Shown piece by piece: positions 33,779 through 41,863 of a DNA stretch of 64,000 nt. Source of the DNA: Acidobacteriota bacterium (GTDB lineage Bacteria; Acidobacteriota; UBA6911; RPQK01; DATIPO01); NCBI GenBank assembly GCA_035471785.1, contig DATIPQ010000017.1:79115-143114 (forward strand), given 5' to 3'. Within the stretch, counting starts at the first letter, position 1, and the number at the start of each line of letters is the position of its first letter. Under the pieces are notes generated by a model. That model did no database searches and had not been told where the DNA came from. It worked only from the letters and a program-made list of their open reading frames with translations. The translations under genes and the position numbers were made by a program.

Positions 33779-36544
33779 ATGCTCAAAGATCTTTTCAACA
33801 AGCCGAAATGGCAGCATCGTGATCCCTCGGTGCGCCGGGAAGTGATCGCCGAGTTGTCTGATCAGGAGCTTGAGGAGGCTCTCAGCGAGTTGCTCGAGGA
33901 TCCTGAGGCCCAGGTGCGGATCGCGGCCCTGGAACGGGCCCGCTCCTTGGAAACCCTGCATCGGCTGTGTCGAGAAGATGAAGAGGATGAAGAAGAGGTG
34001 CGCGAGGCCGCCGGCCAGCGCCTGCGCCAGCTTCTGCGCGATCCCTCCGAGGACGCTCTCCCCCTCTCGCAGCGCATCGATTTCCTCAAGGGACTCGACG
34101 ACCAGGGATTGATCGAAGACCTCTTGAGCACGGCTCCGCACAGCGAGCTGCGGCGGGCTTTGCTGGAAATGGGCCCGCGCCAGAAGGCGGTGGCCGACAT
34201 GGCCGTGGACGACACCGACCATGACTTGCGCCTGCTGGCCCTCCAGCGCCTTGAGGAGGAAGCGTTGCTGGCGCGCGTGATGCGCGACACCCGGCGCCAC
34301 GACAAGCGTATCCACCGCGAGGCCCGCGCCAAGCTGCAGCAAAAACGCCTGCAGCGGGGAGATCCCAAGGCCGTGCGCCGCCGCCGCGAGGAACTCTGCC
34401 AGCAAGCCGAGAAACTGGCGTGGACGGTGGATGCCGATCGCGACGCCAAGTCGCTTGAAGTCATCGTGGAGGAATGGAAGAGCCTGCCGGTAGCCGCCGA
34501 AGAGGAGCTTCAGGAGCGCTTCGACGCCATTTGCCACCGCGGATTGAACCGCGACGAGGCCGTCGATTCCGCCAAAGAATCAGCAGACCAGGCCCAAGAG
34601 CCTCCAGAGCCTGCTCCGACCGGCGAGGCTGATGAAGGAGAGACCGCCGAGGCCGCCGCTCCCTCCCAGCAGAAAGCCGGAGCTCAAGCCGTCATCGAGC
34701 GGGCCGAGCGTCTGGCCCGAGACAAAAAAGCCGGACTGCAGCAACGCCTCCTCACCCGCCTCAAGGAATCCTGGCAAACGGCCCGACGCGAGGAGGAGGT
34801 TTCGGAAGAAGAGACGCGGCAGTTCAAGACGGCGTTGTCGCAGCTTGAGCAACTGTTGGCAGAGCAATCCAAGCGCAATGAGGAAATTCTCTCCGAGATT
34901 CGCTCTCATCTGGGCCAGGTGGAGCAGCATCTGGGCCAGGGGGAACTGCGGGAGGCGCGGCTCCTCTTCCGCAAGTGCTCGCGCCGCTTCAAGGGACTGC
35001 CCGGACTCACCCGCAAGCAGCGCGACACCATGCGCAGCCGGCTCAAGGCCGTGCATGCCGGCGTTCGCGAACTCAAGGACTGGCATCATTGGGGCAACAA
35101 CCAGCAGCGGCTGCGCCTGATCGAGAGCATGGAAGCCCTGGCCGGGAGCGAATTGCATCCGGAGGAGTTGAACAAGCGCATCAAGGCCGCCCGCAACCAA
35201 TGGATGCGCTTGGAGCAAAGCGAGAAGCTGCCCGACGATCCGCCTCACTACGCCTCGGGGCCGGGGCTGTGGAGGCGCTTCCACGCCGCCTGCAACCGGG
35301 CTTACGAGCCCTGCAAGCAGTTCTTCAAGGAGAGGGCCGAGAAACGCAAGGCCAAGACCGCCGAGTTGGAAGCCGTTTGCCGGCGCCTGGAAGCCGATCC
35401 CGAACTGAGCGGGGACCCGCCCGACTGGAAGCCCTTGGACCGCCTCATCCGCGAAGGAGCCCGTTCTTTGCGCAGGCTCAACGAGATCGAGCCCAAAAAG
35501 CGAGGTCCCATGGCGCGCCGCATCCGCAAGGCGCTCAAGGGATTGGACCGGCGCCTCCGGGAACTGCAGAAGCCCCACGAGGAGGCTAAGAAGCAGTTGA
35601 TCGAGGCCGCCAAGGCTCAGATCGAAGCCGAGGACATCGGGCAGGCCACCGCCGAGATCCGCCGCCTGCAACAGCAGTGGAAGGAAACGGGAACCACCGC
35701 GCGCCCCCGCGAGCAGGCCCTGTGGAAGGATTTCCGGGCGGCCTGCAACGCCGTATTCGAGCGCTTCAAGGCCAAGCGCAAGGAAGAAGAGCAAGCCCAG
35801 CAGCAACACAACCGCGAACTCATGCAGATCTGTGCCGAGATCGAGAAACTGTGCAAGTTGGAGGGCGAGCAACTGGTCAAGGCCGAAGAGGAGTTCGAGA
35901 AAGCCCGCCAGTCCTGGGCCGAGGCGGAGTCGCGTTCGCCTGGTCTGGAGCGGCGCTTCGTCCGGTGCTGCGGGCGGTTCAGCGGCAAGCTCAAGGCGAT
36001 TCGGCGCGATCAGGCCAAGGAGCGCCGCCGCCGTCAGGCCGAAGAACGCATGCAGTCGTTGCGCCGCAAGGGGGATCTGTGCGCTGAACTAGAAGCTGTG
36101 CAGGGCCTGTCCGCAGCCAAGGCAAAGAAAATGGTGGAAAGCGCGCAAGCCCAGTGGGAGGAGTTGCCTGAGCTCTCCAAAGAGGACGAGCAGCGCATGC
36201 GCCGGCGTTTTGATCAGGCCTGCCAAGCCTTGCTGGAGGGGCGTTCCCAGGACTGGGACGAAACCGCGGCCAAGCACCTCCGGGAAGCCGACTTGCTGTG
36301 CGTGCGCATGGAAATGCTGGCCGGGATCGATTCGCCCCCCGAGTCCGCCGAGGTGCGCATGCGCTACCAGGTTTCGCGTCTCTCCTCAGCCTTGGTGGAC
36401 CGGGAGAAGCCCGCCAATCCCAAGAGCGAGGCCGAAGAGATCGAGCACGACCTGTGCTTTTTGGGCCCCTTGCCCGACGAGAAGGCGGAGGGTATCCAGA
36501 AGCGCTTCCTGCAGGCCTTGGAAAGTTTCCGCAAGAAAGGCTAG
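33779..36544 (+). CDS. DUF349 repeat protein.
   Basis: 921 aa, highly charged and helical. It has the recurring DUF349 unit (WK.L......E..LW.RF..AC...F): WKSLPVAAEEELQERFDAICHRGL, QWMRLEQSEK...LWRRFHAACNRAYEPCKQFFKE, QQWKETGTTARPREQALWKDFRAACNAVFERFK, AQWEELPELSKEDEQRMRRRFDQACQALLE. Confidence 0.7.
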   Translation: MLKDLFNKPKWQHRDPSVRREVIAELSDQELEEALSELLEDPEAQVRIAALERARSLETLHRLCREDEEDEEEVREAAGQRLRQLLRDPSEDALPLSQRIDFLKGLDDQGLIEDLLSTAPHSELRRALLEMGPRQKAVADMAVDDTDHDLRLLALQRLEEEALLARVMRDTRRHDKRIHREARAKLQQKRLQRGDPKAVRRRREELCQQAEKLAWTVDADRDAKSLEVIVEEWKSLPVAAEEELQERFDAICHRGLNRDEAVDSAKESADQAQEPPEPAPTGEADEGETAEAAAPSQQKAGAQAVIERAERLARDKKAGLQQRLLTRLKESWQTARREEEVSEEETRQFKTALSQLEQLLAEQSKRNEEILSEIRSHLGQVEQHLGQGELREARLLFRKCSRRFKGLPGLTRKQRDTMRSRLKAVHAGVRELKDWHHWGNNQQRLRLIESMEALAGSELHPEELNKRIKAARNQWMRLEQSEKLPDDPPHYASGPGLWRRFHAACNRAYEPCKQFFKERAEKRKAKTAELEAVCRRLEADPELSGDPPDWKPLDRLIREGARSLRRLNEIEPKKRGPMARRIRKALKGLDRRLRELQKPHEEAKKQLIEAAKAQIEAEDIGQATAEIRRLQQQWKETGTTARPREQALWKDFRAACNAVFERFKAKRKEEEQAQQQHNRELMQICAEIEKLCKLEGEQLVKAEEEFEKARQSWAEAESRSPGLERRFVRCCGRFSGKLKAIRRDQAKERRRRQAEERMQSLRRKGDLCAELEAVQGLSAAKAKKMVESAQAQWEELPELSKEDEQRMRRRFDQACQALLEGRSQDWDETAAKHLREADLLCVRMEMLAGIDSPPESAEVRMRYQVSRLSSALVDREKPANPKSEAEEIEHDLCFLGPLPDEKAEGIQKRFLQALESFRKKG

Positions 36545-36597
36545 TGCTGCCGCTCATGGATTCTGAAGCCAGGACCCTCCGTTTCTTGTCCCTGACG

Positions 36598-36690
36598 GGG
36601 ACAGATTCGCCAGCCCAGCGACTGTGTTAGAAGTCAAGTCCGGGCTCGCCGAAGGCGAGCGATTCGCCAGCCCAGGGTCAGCCGCGGCGA
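36598..36690. repeat. REP-like palindromic repeat unit, copy A of a family also present at 39686-39965.
   Basis: gattcgccagcccagcgactgtgttagaagtcaagtccgggCTCGCCgaaGGCGAGcgattcgccagcccagggt. Contains a perfect CTCGCC-GAA-GGCGAG hairpin. Shares 30-45-nt identities with the copies at 39686-39760, 39821-39900 and 39901-39965. Confidence 0.55.
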
Positions 36691-36798
36691 GCGCCAGCGG
36701 GACGGCGGCGGCACCCCGGGTTTCAGACGGCAAAGGTCTGAACGCTGAAAGCGTGGAATAACGCCAAAGGGTGGCTCAAAACTTCTGGCGCACTGTCA

Positions 36799-37515
36799 CT
36801 AGATTTTTCCCTCGCCAGGCAGCACCAGCAGGCGGGGGATGCGCACGTGGCTGGGCTGGTCGAGCAGAAAGCGGACGCTGCGGGCCACGTCCTGGGGACG
36901 CAGAGGATGCTCCATTCCCAGCGTGTCGGCGGGATGCTCCTCGTAATGCTCGTGCAATTCCGTTCGCACCAGTCCCGGTTGCACGCAGGACACCTTCACG
37001 TCGCTGCCGGCCAATTCCATCCGCAGCGCTTCCGACAGAGCCTCCAGCGCGAACTTTGTCCCCGCATAGCCTCCCGCCCGCTCGCGGGTCTTGGTGCCCA
37101 AGACGCTGGAGACGTTGATCAGGTGTCCCCATCCCTGCTTCTGGAAGAGTCTCAGGGCCAGGTAGGCCATTCGGTAAGCTGCCTCCACGTTGAGGCGCAC
37201 CATGCGGCACAGGCGCTCGATGTTGATCTCGCTGACGGAGCCGGTCTCGATGATTCCGGCGTTGTTGATGACCACGTCGCATCCGCCATGGATCAAGAGG
37301 GCCTTTTCCAGCACTTGAGAGGGCAAAGAGGGATCGGTCAGATCGCCCGCCAGATAGGCGCATTCGGGCAACTCTTCGGCCAGCCGGCGCAAGCGTTGCT
37401 CGCGGCGGGCGGTGACCATGATCTTGGCTCCGCATTGGGCCAGATCGCGGGCCACGGCTTCGCCGATGCCGCTGCTGCCACCGGTCACCACCACCGTCTG
37501 TCCGCTCAAATCCAT
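36799..37515 (-). CDS. SDR family NAD(P)-dependent oxidoreductase.
   Basis: Reverse ATG at 37513-37515 (MDLSGQTVVVTGGSSGIGEAVARDL). TGxxxGIG Rossmann motif, NNAG, and catalytic S..Y...K (SSVLG...YAGTKFAL). Confidence 0.8.
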   Translation of the reverse strand: MDLSGQTVVVTGGSSGIGEAVARDLAQCGAKIMVTARREQRLRRLAEELPECAYLAGDLTDPSLPSQVLEKALLIHGGCDVVINNAGIIETGSVSEINIERLCRMVRLNVEAAYRMAYLALRLFQKQGWGHLINVSSVLGTKTRERAGGYAGTKFALEALSEALRMELAGSDVKVSCVQPGLVRTELHEHYEEHPADTLGMEHPLRPQDVARSVRFLLDQPSHVRIPRLLVLPGEGKI

Positions 37516-37559
37516 GAAGCGATAGTAAGGCAATCCCGGCTGAGCGGGCAACTGCCGAT

Positions 37560-38009
37560 TCAGGCTCCGGGCTCCGGCACCAGCTTCCCGCTGAGCCATC
37601 CCAGCATGGCGGCGATGGCGCCGATGATCATGTTGACCAACATGCCCACGACCCGGATGACCATGGCCTGGACGACGCCCACGGCATCGGGCGTATTGAG
37701 GGCCTTGGGATGGTTGAAGTAGGTCTCCGCGCCCAACAGATAGGAGCCGGCGGTTCCCGCGATGATCAACACTTGGGCCACGAAGGCGATGGTTATGCCC
37801 AGAAGGGCGGCCTGCAGCACTCCGTATCCGCGTAAGCGGCGCCCGAAGGCTCCCAGGAAGATGCAGGCGAAAAGGGTTGTGAGGACCAGACTGGCTTGAC
37901 TGGTTCCTTCCTCATAAGGAACCTCGAAGATGCCCAACAGCAGGCGCAGGATGAACATCACCACCAGCCACAGAATGGCCACGCGTGCGAAACGGATGTA
38001 TTCACTCAT
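37560..38009 (-). CDS. Hypothetical integral membrane protein.
   Basis: Reverse ATG at 38007-38009 (MSEYIRFARVAILWLVVMFIL...). About four TM helices. No known motif. The track ORF extends to 38192. Confidence 0.4.
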   Translation of the reverse strand: MSEYIRFARVAILWLVVMFILRLLLGIFEVPYEEGTSQASLVLTTLFACIFLGAFGRRLRGYGVLQAALLGITIAFVAQVLIIAGTAGSYLLGAETYFNHPKALNTPDAVGVVQAMVIRVVGMLVNMIIGAIAAMLGWLSGKLVPEPGA

Positions 38010-38019
38010 GGGGGGCATT

Positions 38020-39612
38020 CTAGGGCTCCGGCGGCGGGTCCGCAATAAAGCGCTGTAGCAAGGTGCCGTCTTGTCTGAAGACGCGCACCGTGGGCGGGGC
38101 GCCCGGGCAGTGTCCTTCGCCCATGACGACTTCGTCGATGCCGTCCCCATCGACGTCCAGCGCTGCCACATTGGCGCCGCATCCTCCCTCATCGCGGCCC
38201 TCGGCGTAGAAGTAGTTCTGCAACTTCCCGTCCCAGGAGTAGAGGCGGATGTGGGGCGGGTGCCCTTGCAGGGCGCCTGGCGCGGCCACCAGGCCCCAGC
38301 CGCCGGATCGCAGGCGCAGGGCGGCCAAGCTCAGCCCGTAATCGGTGTTGAAGGCCTCCCAGCGGGTGCCCGGCCGGCCGTCCTCCCCCAGCGGGTAAAC
38401 GAACCCGTGATTGACCGAGACAGGAGTGGGCCAGACCACCAGTCGTTTGGGATCGGGCAGCGCCAGGGCGCGCAGAGAGTTGACGAAATCCAGGCCCGGC
38501 AGTTCCCAGGTACGCAGCAATCCGCTTTCCAGGGAGTATTCGTAAACCGCCTTGGGGGCGTCCGGGCCCGGGCCGGGAGCCGCCAGCAGGGTTCCACGTG
38601 CGGCGCCCACCCAGGCTCCGTATCCCTGCTCGGGCAGGGAGAAGCGCCTGAGTTCACGTCCCCCCAGGTCGAAGATGCGGATCTGCGAGGGGGCCCGGAC
38701 GCCGGGTCCGGGGGCCAGCGCTATCTCGTCTCCGGGAGCGGACGCAAAGTCGCCCACCGCAACGTTGCAGGAATAGCCCACCGACGGGAAGGATTCCAAT
38801 TCGCCCAGCCGTTGGCCATCGGGGCGGAAGAGGCGGACCCGGCAAGGGTGATCGATGTCGGGGCCGGGAAGGGCGGCGATGAAGGGCCGGTTGGCGGCAT
38901 CGTAACCCGCCGCCACCGCGACGCCGTCTCCGAAGTTGTCGTAGGGATGTCCCGCTTTGCCCACCCGGAACTGCTGCATTCCGTCGAACTTGAAGAAGAA
39001 GGAGACGAGCAGTCCCAAGAGGGCGTGGGACAGCGCTACGGCCCACAGGTTGGGGCGGCGCGAGAAGCTCCAGCACCAGACCAGTCCCCCCAGGAAAGAG
39101 GCTGCCATGAGGGGCCAGTTGGGAAGGTGAAAGAGGGCGAAGAGGGCTGCGGCGGCCAACACGGCGCCGTCTCGGCTGCCCAGCACGTCCTCCCAGCGCG
39201 CCAGCAGAAAGCTTTGCAGGATGAACTGTTGGGCCAGGGCCCAGGGAAGGTAGATCCAGGGCAGGCTTCCCTGCTCGGGCTGCAGCCGCCCGCCCAGCCC
39301 GGCCAGCAGCAGGATGGCGGCTGTCAGGGCCAGCGTCAGCGGCAGCAGCAGGCGCAAGGAGGCCGCCAGGTTATCGAGGCGCAGGCCCATTTCCCGGCGT
39401 CCGCCGCTGAGCAGCAGGTTGAGCAGCAGAATCAGGAAGCAGCCCAGGTAGACGCCGCCCAGAATCCACCCGTCGTAGTACTCGAAGCGTCCCCACCACA
39501 GGTAGCCCCAGATCAAGGCCGAGAAGAAGGCCAGAAGCAGCAGCGAGCTGAGGCGCCGGTGGCGGCTTAACCAGTTGCCCGAAGGTGAGAGGTGGTGCTG
39601 CGCGCTCGACAT
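38020..39612 (-). CDS. Fusion protein: N-terminal CPBP/Abi-like intramembrane protease domain and C-terminal FG-GAP/VCBS-repeat beta-propeller-like domain.
   Basis: Reverse ATG at 39610-39612 (MSSAQHH...). Multi-TM N-terminus with CPBP-like motifs (WEDVLGSR ~ EExxxR; FALFH = FxxxH; SHALLG). The C-terminal half has FG-GAP-like repeats: NVAVGDFASAPGDEIALAPGPG and NVAALDVDGDGIDEVVMGEG. Confidence 0.45.
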   Translation of the reverse strand: MSSAQHHLSPSGNWLSRHRRLSSLLLLAFFSALIWGYLWWGRFEYYDGWILGGVYLGCFLILLLNLLLSGGRREMGLRLDNLAASLRLLLPLTLALTAAILLLAGLGGRLQPEQGSLPWIYLPWALAQQFILQSFLLARWEDVLGSRDGAVLAAAALFALFHLPNWPLMAASFLGGLVWCWSFSRRPNLWAVALSHALLGLLVSFFFKFDGMQQFRVGKAGHPYDNFGDGVAVAAGYDAANRPFIAALPGPDIDHPCRVRLFRPDGQRLGELESFPSVGYSCNVAVGDFASAPGDEIALAPGPGVRAPSQIRIFDLGGRELRRFSLPEQGYGAWVGAARGTLLAAPGPGPDAPKAVYEYSLESGLLRTWELPGLDFVNSLRALALPDPKRLVVWPTPVSVNHGFVYPLGEDGRPGTRWEAFNTDYGLSLAALRLRSGGWGLVAAPGALQGHPPHIRLYSWDGKLQNYFYAEGRDEGGCGANVAALDVDGDGIDEVVMGEGHCPGAPPTVRVFRQDGTLLQRFIADPPPEP

Positions 39613-39685
39613 AGTCCGCTGCGGACTGATGCGTCCGCGAGCAGGCAGTGTAGCGCCGCCGGGCCTCCTGGAGCAAACCGGCATC

Positions 39686-39965
39686 CGGGTTCGCCGAAAG
39701 CGAGCGATTCCCTAGCCCGCGACTGTGTTGGAGGTCAATGTGGGCCAGAAACGAGCGATTCGCCCTCCTTCGCCAAAGGTTACGGAGGGCGAGGCAAGGC
39801 TTTGGAGGGGCCGCCGACCCACCGTCTCAAAGCTTGAGTCCGGGCTCGCTGAAGGCGAGCGATTCGACTAGCCCTCGATTAGCATTAGCCCAGGGTGCAG
39901 CACCGTCTCAAGGCTCAAGTCCGGGCTCGCTGAAGGCGAGCGATTCGATTAGCCCAGGGTGCAGC
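39686..39965. repeat. REP-like repeat copies B, C and D (C and D are tandem) of the 36598-36690 family.
   Basis: Copy B is 39686-39760 (gttcgccgaaagcgagcgattccctagcccgcgactgtgttggaggtcaa). Copy C is 39821-39900 and copy D is 39901-39965; both contain accgtctcaa(a/g)gct(t/c)(g/a)agtccgggCTCGCTgaaGGCGAGcgattcga(c/t)tagcc..cagggtgcagc. Track ORF 39738..40022 merely translates the repeats. Confidence 0.6.
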
Positions 39966-40068
39966 CCGCGGCAAGCGAAGCGCAGCAAGGGCGAAACCCT
40001 GGGTACGGTGCTTCACCTATAGAGTTAGGATGCAGCATGGCCCAAGTTAAGACTCTTCTGGCGCAGCA

Positions 40069-40287
40069 CTAGCCGCCAGCAGCGATTTCTGGGGACTGGA
40101 CTCCTGCACGACGGGCAGGCGCCAAGAACTGCCCGTGGGAGGCAGCGTGATCTTCAAGGCACTGGCAGCACACGTAGTGCATGGGGTTGCAGGCTACGCA
40201 GCGCAGCCGCGTGGGCCGTCCGCATTGGTGACAGTGATCGCCGGCCAGGGAATGAAAAACCAGGTTCCTAGGGTCGCTCATGATCAT
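40069..40287 (-). CDS. Small Cys/His-rich (zinc-ribbon-like) protein.
   Basis: About 72 aa from the internal ATG at 40285-40287: MIMSDPRNLVFHSLAGDHCHQCGRPTRLRCVACNPMHYVCCQCLEDHAASHGQ. The track ORF extends upstream through the 20-bp repeats, which looks non-coding. Confidence 0.3.
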   Translation of the reverse strand: MIMSDPRNLVFHSLAGDHCHQCGRPTRLRCVACNPMHYVCCQCLEDHAASHGQFLAPARRAGVQSPEIAAGG

Positions 40288-40323
40288 GCTCCGCATAAGG
40301 TACAGACATGGCTTTGTCCCGCT

Positions 40324-40420
40324 GGCGGCATGGTTGGCCTGCAATGACGGCATGGGACCGGGTCGATTGGCATGGGACCGGGTCGATTGGCATGGGGCCG
40401 GGTCGAACGGCGGCATGGAT
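40324..40420. repeat. Tandem 20-bp direct repeats (three full copies plus flanking partials) between the zinc-ribbon ORF and crcB.
   Basis: ggcatgggaccgggtcgatt (40349-40368), ggcatgggaccgggtcgatt (40369-40388), ggcatggggccgggtcgaac (40389-40408). Flanked by ggcggcatgg partial units at 40324-40333 and 40409-40420. The period of 20 is not a multiple of 3. Confidence 0.7.
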
Positions 40421-40525
40421 ACAGTCCCACCCGGCCTGATGCAATAACGGTAGCAAGCACCTCTGACAGCGAGCAGATTGCGTCCGCTTGATCTCGTCGG
40501 CCTCGGCGGCGACAATGACGGCTTC

Positions 40526-40900
40526 ATGACGCGCTGGTTTTTCATCGGAGCGGCGGGGGCTTGCGGAACACTGCTGCGCTACGCCATCGACCTGTGGCTG
40601 GCTGAAAGGCTGGGCAAGTCCTTTCCCTGGGGTACGCTGACAGTCAATCTGCTGGGCTGCTTTTTCATCGGCGTGGCCCTCAACCTGCTGCAGGACCGCT
40701 TCTTGCTCTCGCCCTACTGGAGGGCGGCCCTGCTGATCGGGTTTCTGGGAGGCTTGACGACCTTTTCCTCCTTCGGCGTGCAGGCCTTCGGCTTTTTCAA
40801 AGCGGGGCAGGTGGAAGCGGCCCTGGGTTACATCGCCGTCTCCAACCTGGCCGGCGTCCTGTTAGTGTGGGCGGGATACGTCCTGGCCCGCTCCTTCTGA
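40526..40900 (+). CDS. crcB: Fluoride ion channel CrcB/Fluc.
   Basis: ATG at 40526, in frame within track ORF 40478. About 125 aa with four TM helices and the hallmark GTLLRY...FPWGTLTVNLLGCFFIG...GGLTTFSSF (TxSxF-like) motif. Confidence 0.8.
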   Translation: MTRWFFIGAAGACGTLLRYAIDLWLAERLGKSFPWGTLTVNLLGCFFIGVALNLLQDRFLLSPYWRAALLIGFLGGLTTFSSFGVQAFGFFKAGQVEAALGYIAVSNLAGVLLVWAGYVLARSF

Positions 40901-40913
40901 TCTTTGGGGCGCC

Positions 40914-41702
40914 TCAGGATTCCATCCAAAACCAGCGTCTTGCGCGGGGACCGAAGGTGAGGCCGAAGCGCTGCATGCCCATGTCACGCGCCACGGTCGC
41001 CGCCTCCTCGGGCGAATCGGTGAGATGGATCAGCTCCAGGTCGCGCTCCGAGATGGTGCGTTCAGTGACGAACTTTTCCCGCAGCAGGTCCATGAGGGGT
41101 TGCCAGTAGTCGTTTCCCATCAAAATGATGGGAAACTGCCGGATCTTGCCGGTCTGAATCAAGGTGGCGGTTTCGAAGATCTCGTCCATGGTGCCGAAGC
41201 CTCCGGGAAGGACGACGAAGGCATAGGAGTATTTGACCAGCATGACCTTGCGCACGAAGAAATAGCGGAAGTCGATGGACTCGTCGAGGTAGGGGTTGGG
41301 CTTTTGTTCCCTGGGCAGTTCGATGTTGCAGCCGATGCTGCGTCCGTCCACGTCCTTGGCCCCTCGATTGGCGGCCTCCATGATGCCTGGCCCGCCTCCC
41401 GTCATGACGGTGAAACCGGCTTGGGCCAGGTGGCGGCCGGCAGCCCGTCCCAGTTGGTAGTAGCGGTGGTTCTCCGAGAAGCGGGCTGATCCGAAGACGG
41501 TGACGCAGGGACCCACGAAGTGAAGGGTGCGGAATCCTTTCAGGAACTCCCAACTGATGCGGAAGAGGCGCAGCAACTCGCTGCCACGCCGCTGGGGGCC
41601 CCGAAGGAACTCGATTTCGTCCTTGGCGGGACCGTGGCGAGAATTCGCCTGGTCTTCATCGGTGGACGGCGGGTGCGTTCGGTCCTGTGAGCTTTGCGGC
41701 AT
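40914..41702 (-). CDS. LOG family protein (TIGR00730; putative nucleotide 5'-monophosphate nucleosidase / cytokinin-activating-like).
   Basis: VTVFGSARF...GGGPGIMEAANRGA...VVLPGGFGTMDEIFE are the canonical LOG motifs (PGGxGTxxE). Confidence 0.75.
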   Translation of the reverse strand: MPQSSQDRTHPPSTDEDQANSRHGPAKDEIEFLRGPQRRGSELLRLFRISWEFLKGFRTLHFVGPCVTVFGSARFSENHRYYQLGRAAGRHLAQAGFTVMTGGGPGIMEAANRGAKDVDGRSIGCNIELPREQKPNPYLDESIDFRYFFVRKVMLVKYSYAFVVLPGGFGTMDEIFETATLIQTGKIRQFPIILMGNDYWQPLMDLLREKFVTERTISERDLELIHLTDSPEEAATVARDMGMQRFGLTFGPRARRWFWMES

Positions 41703-41863
41703 GGATTCATTCTAAAGCCGGCCCTTCCCGATGGCCACTTCCGTTAACGGATGCGGGGCCGCCCTTCTCCCGAATAGTGCGATGCCATTCGGAATGAGGC
41801 CTGTTAAGATTCACGCGCCTCCTCCCGTCGATAGTCGTAGAGAGACGTCTTAAGGAGAGAGCA

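Noticed and set aside
39738-40022. 94-aa ORF across the REP-like repeats.
   Set aside because: Its sequence (SLKASDS... repeated) is the repeat unit translated. It is not a gene.
39821-40420. Tandem repeats that might be read as a CRISPR array.
   Set aside because: The units are directly abutting (39821-39965) or strictly tandem 20-mers (40349-40408) with no unique spacers, and there are no cas genes in the window.
40290-40525. Fluoride riboswitch upstream of crcB.
   Set aside because: No match to the crcB-motif consensus (GGCGAUGG...AACCGCC...CUGAUGAUGCCUAC) was seen by eye. Only a weak CCUGAUG fragment near 40433.
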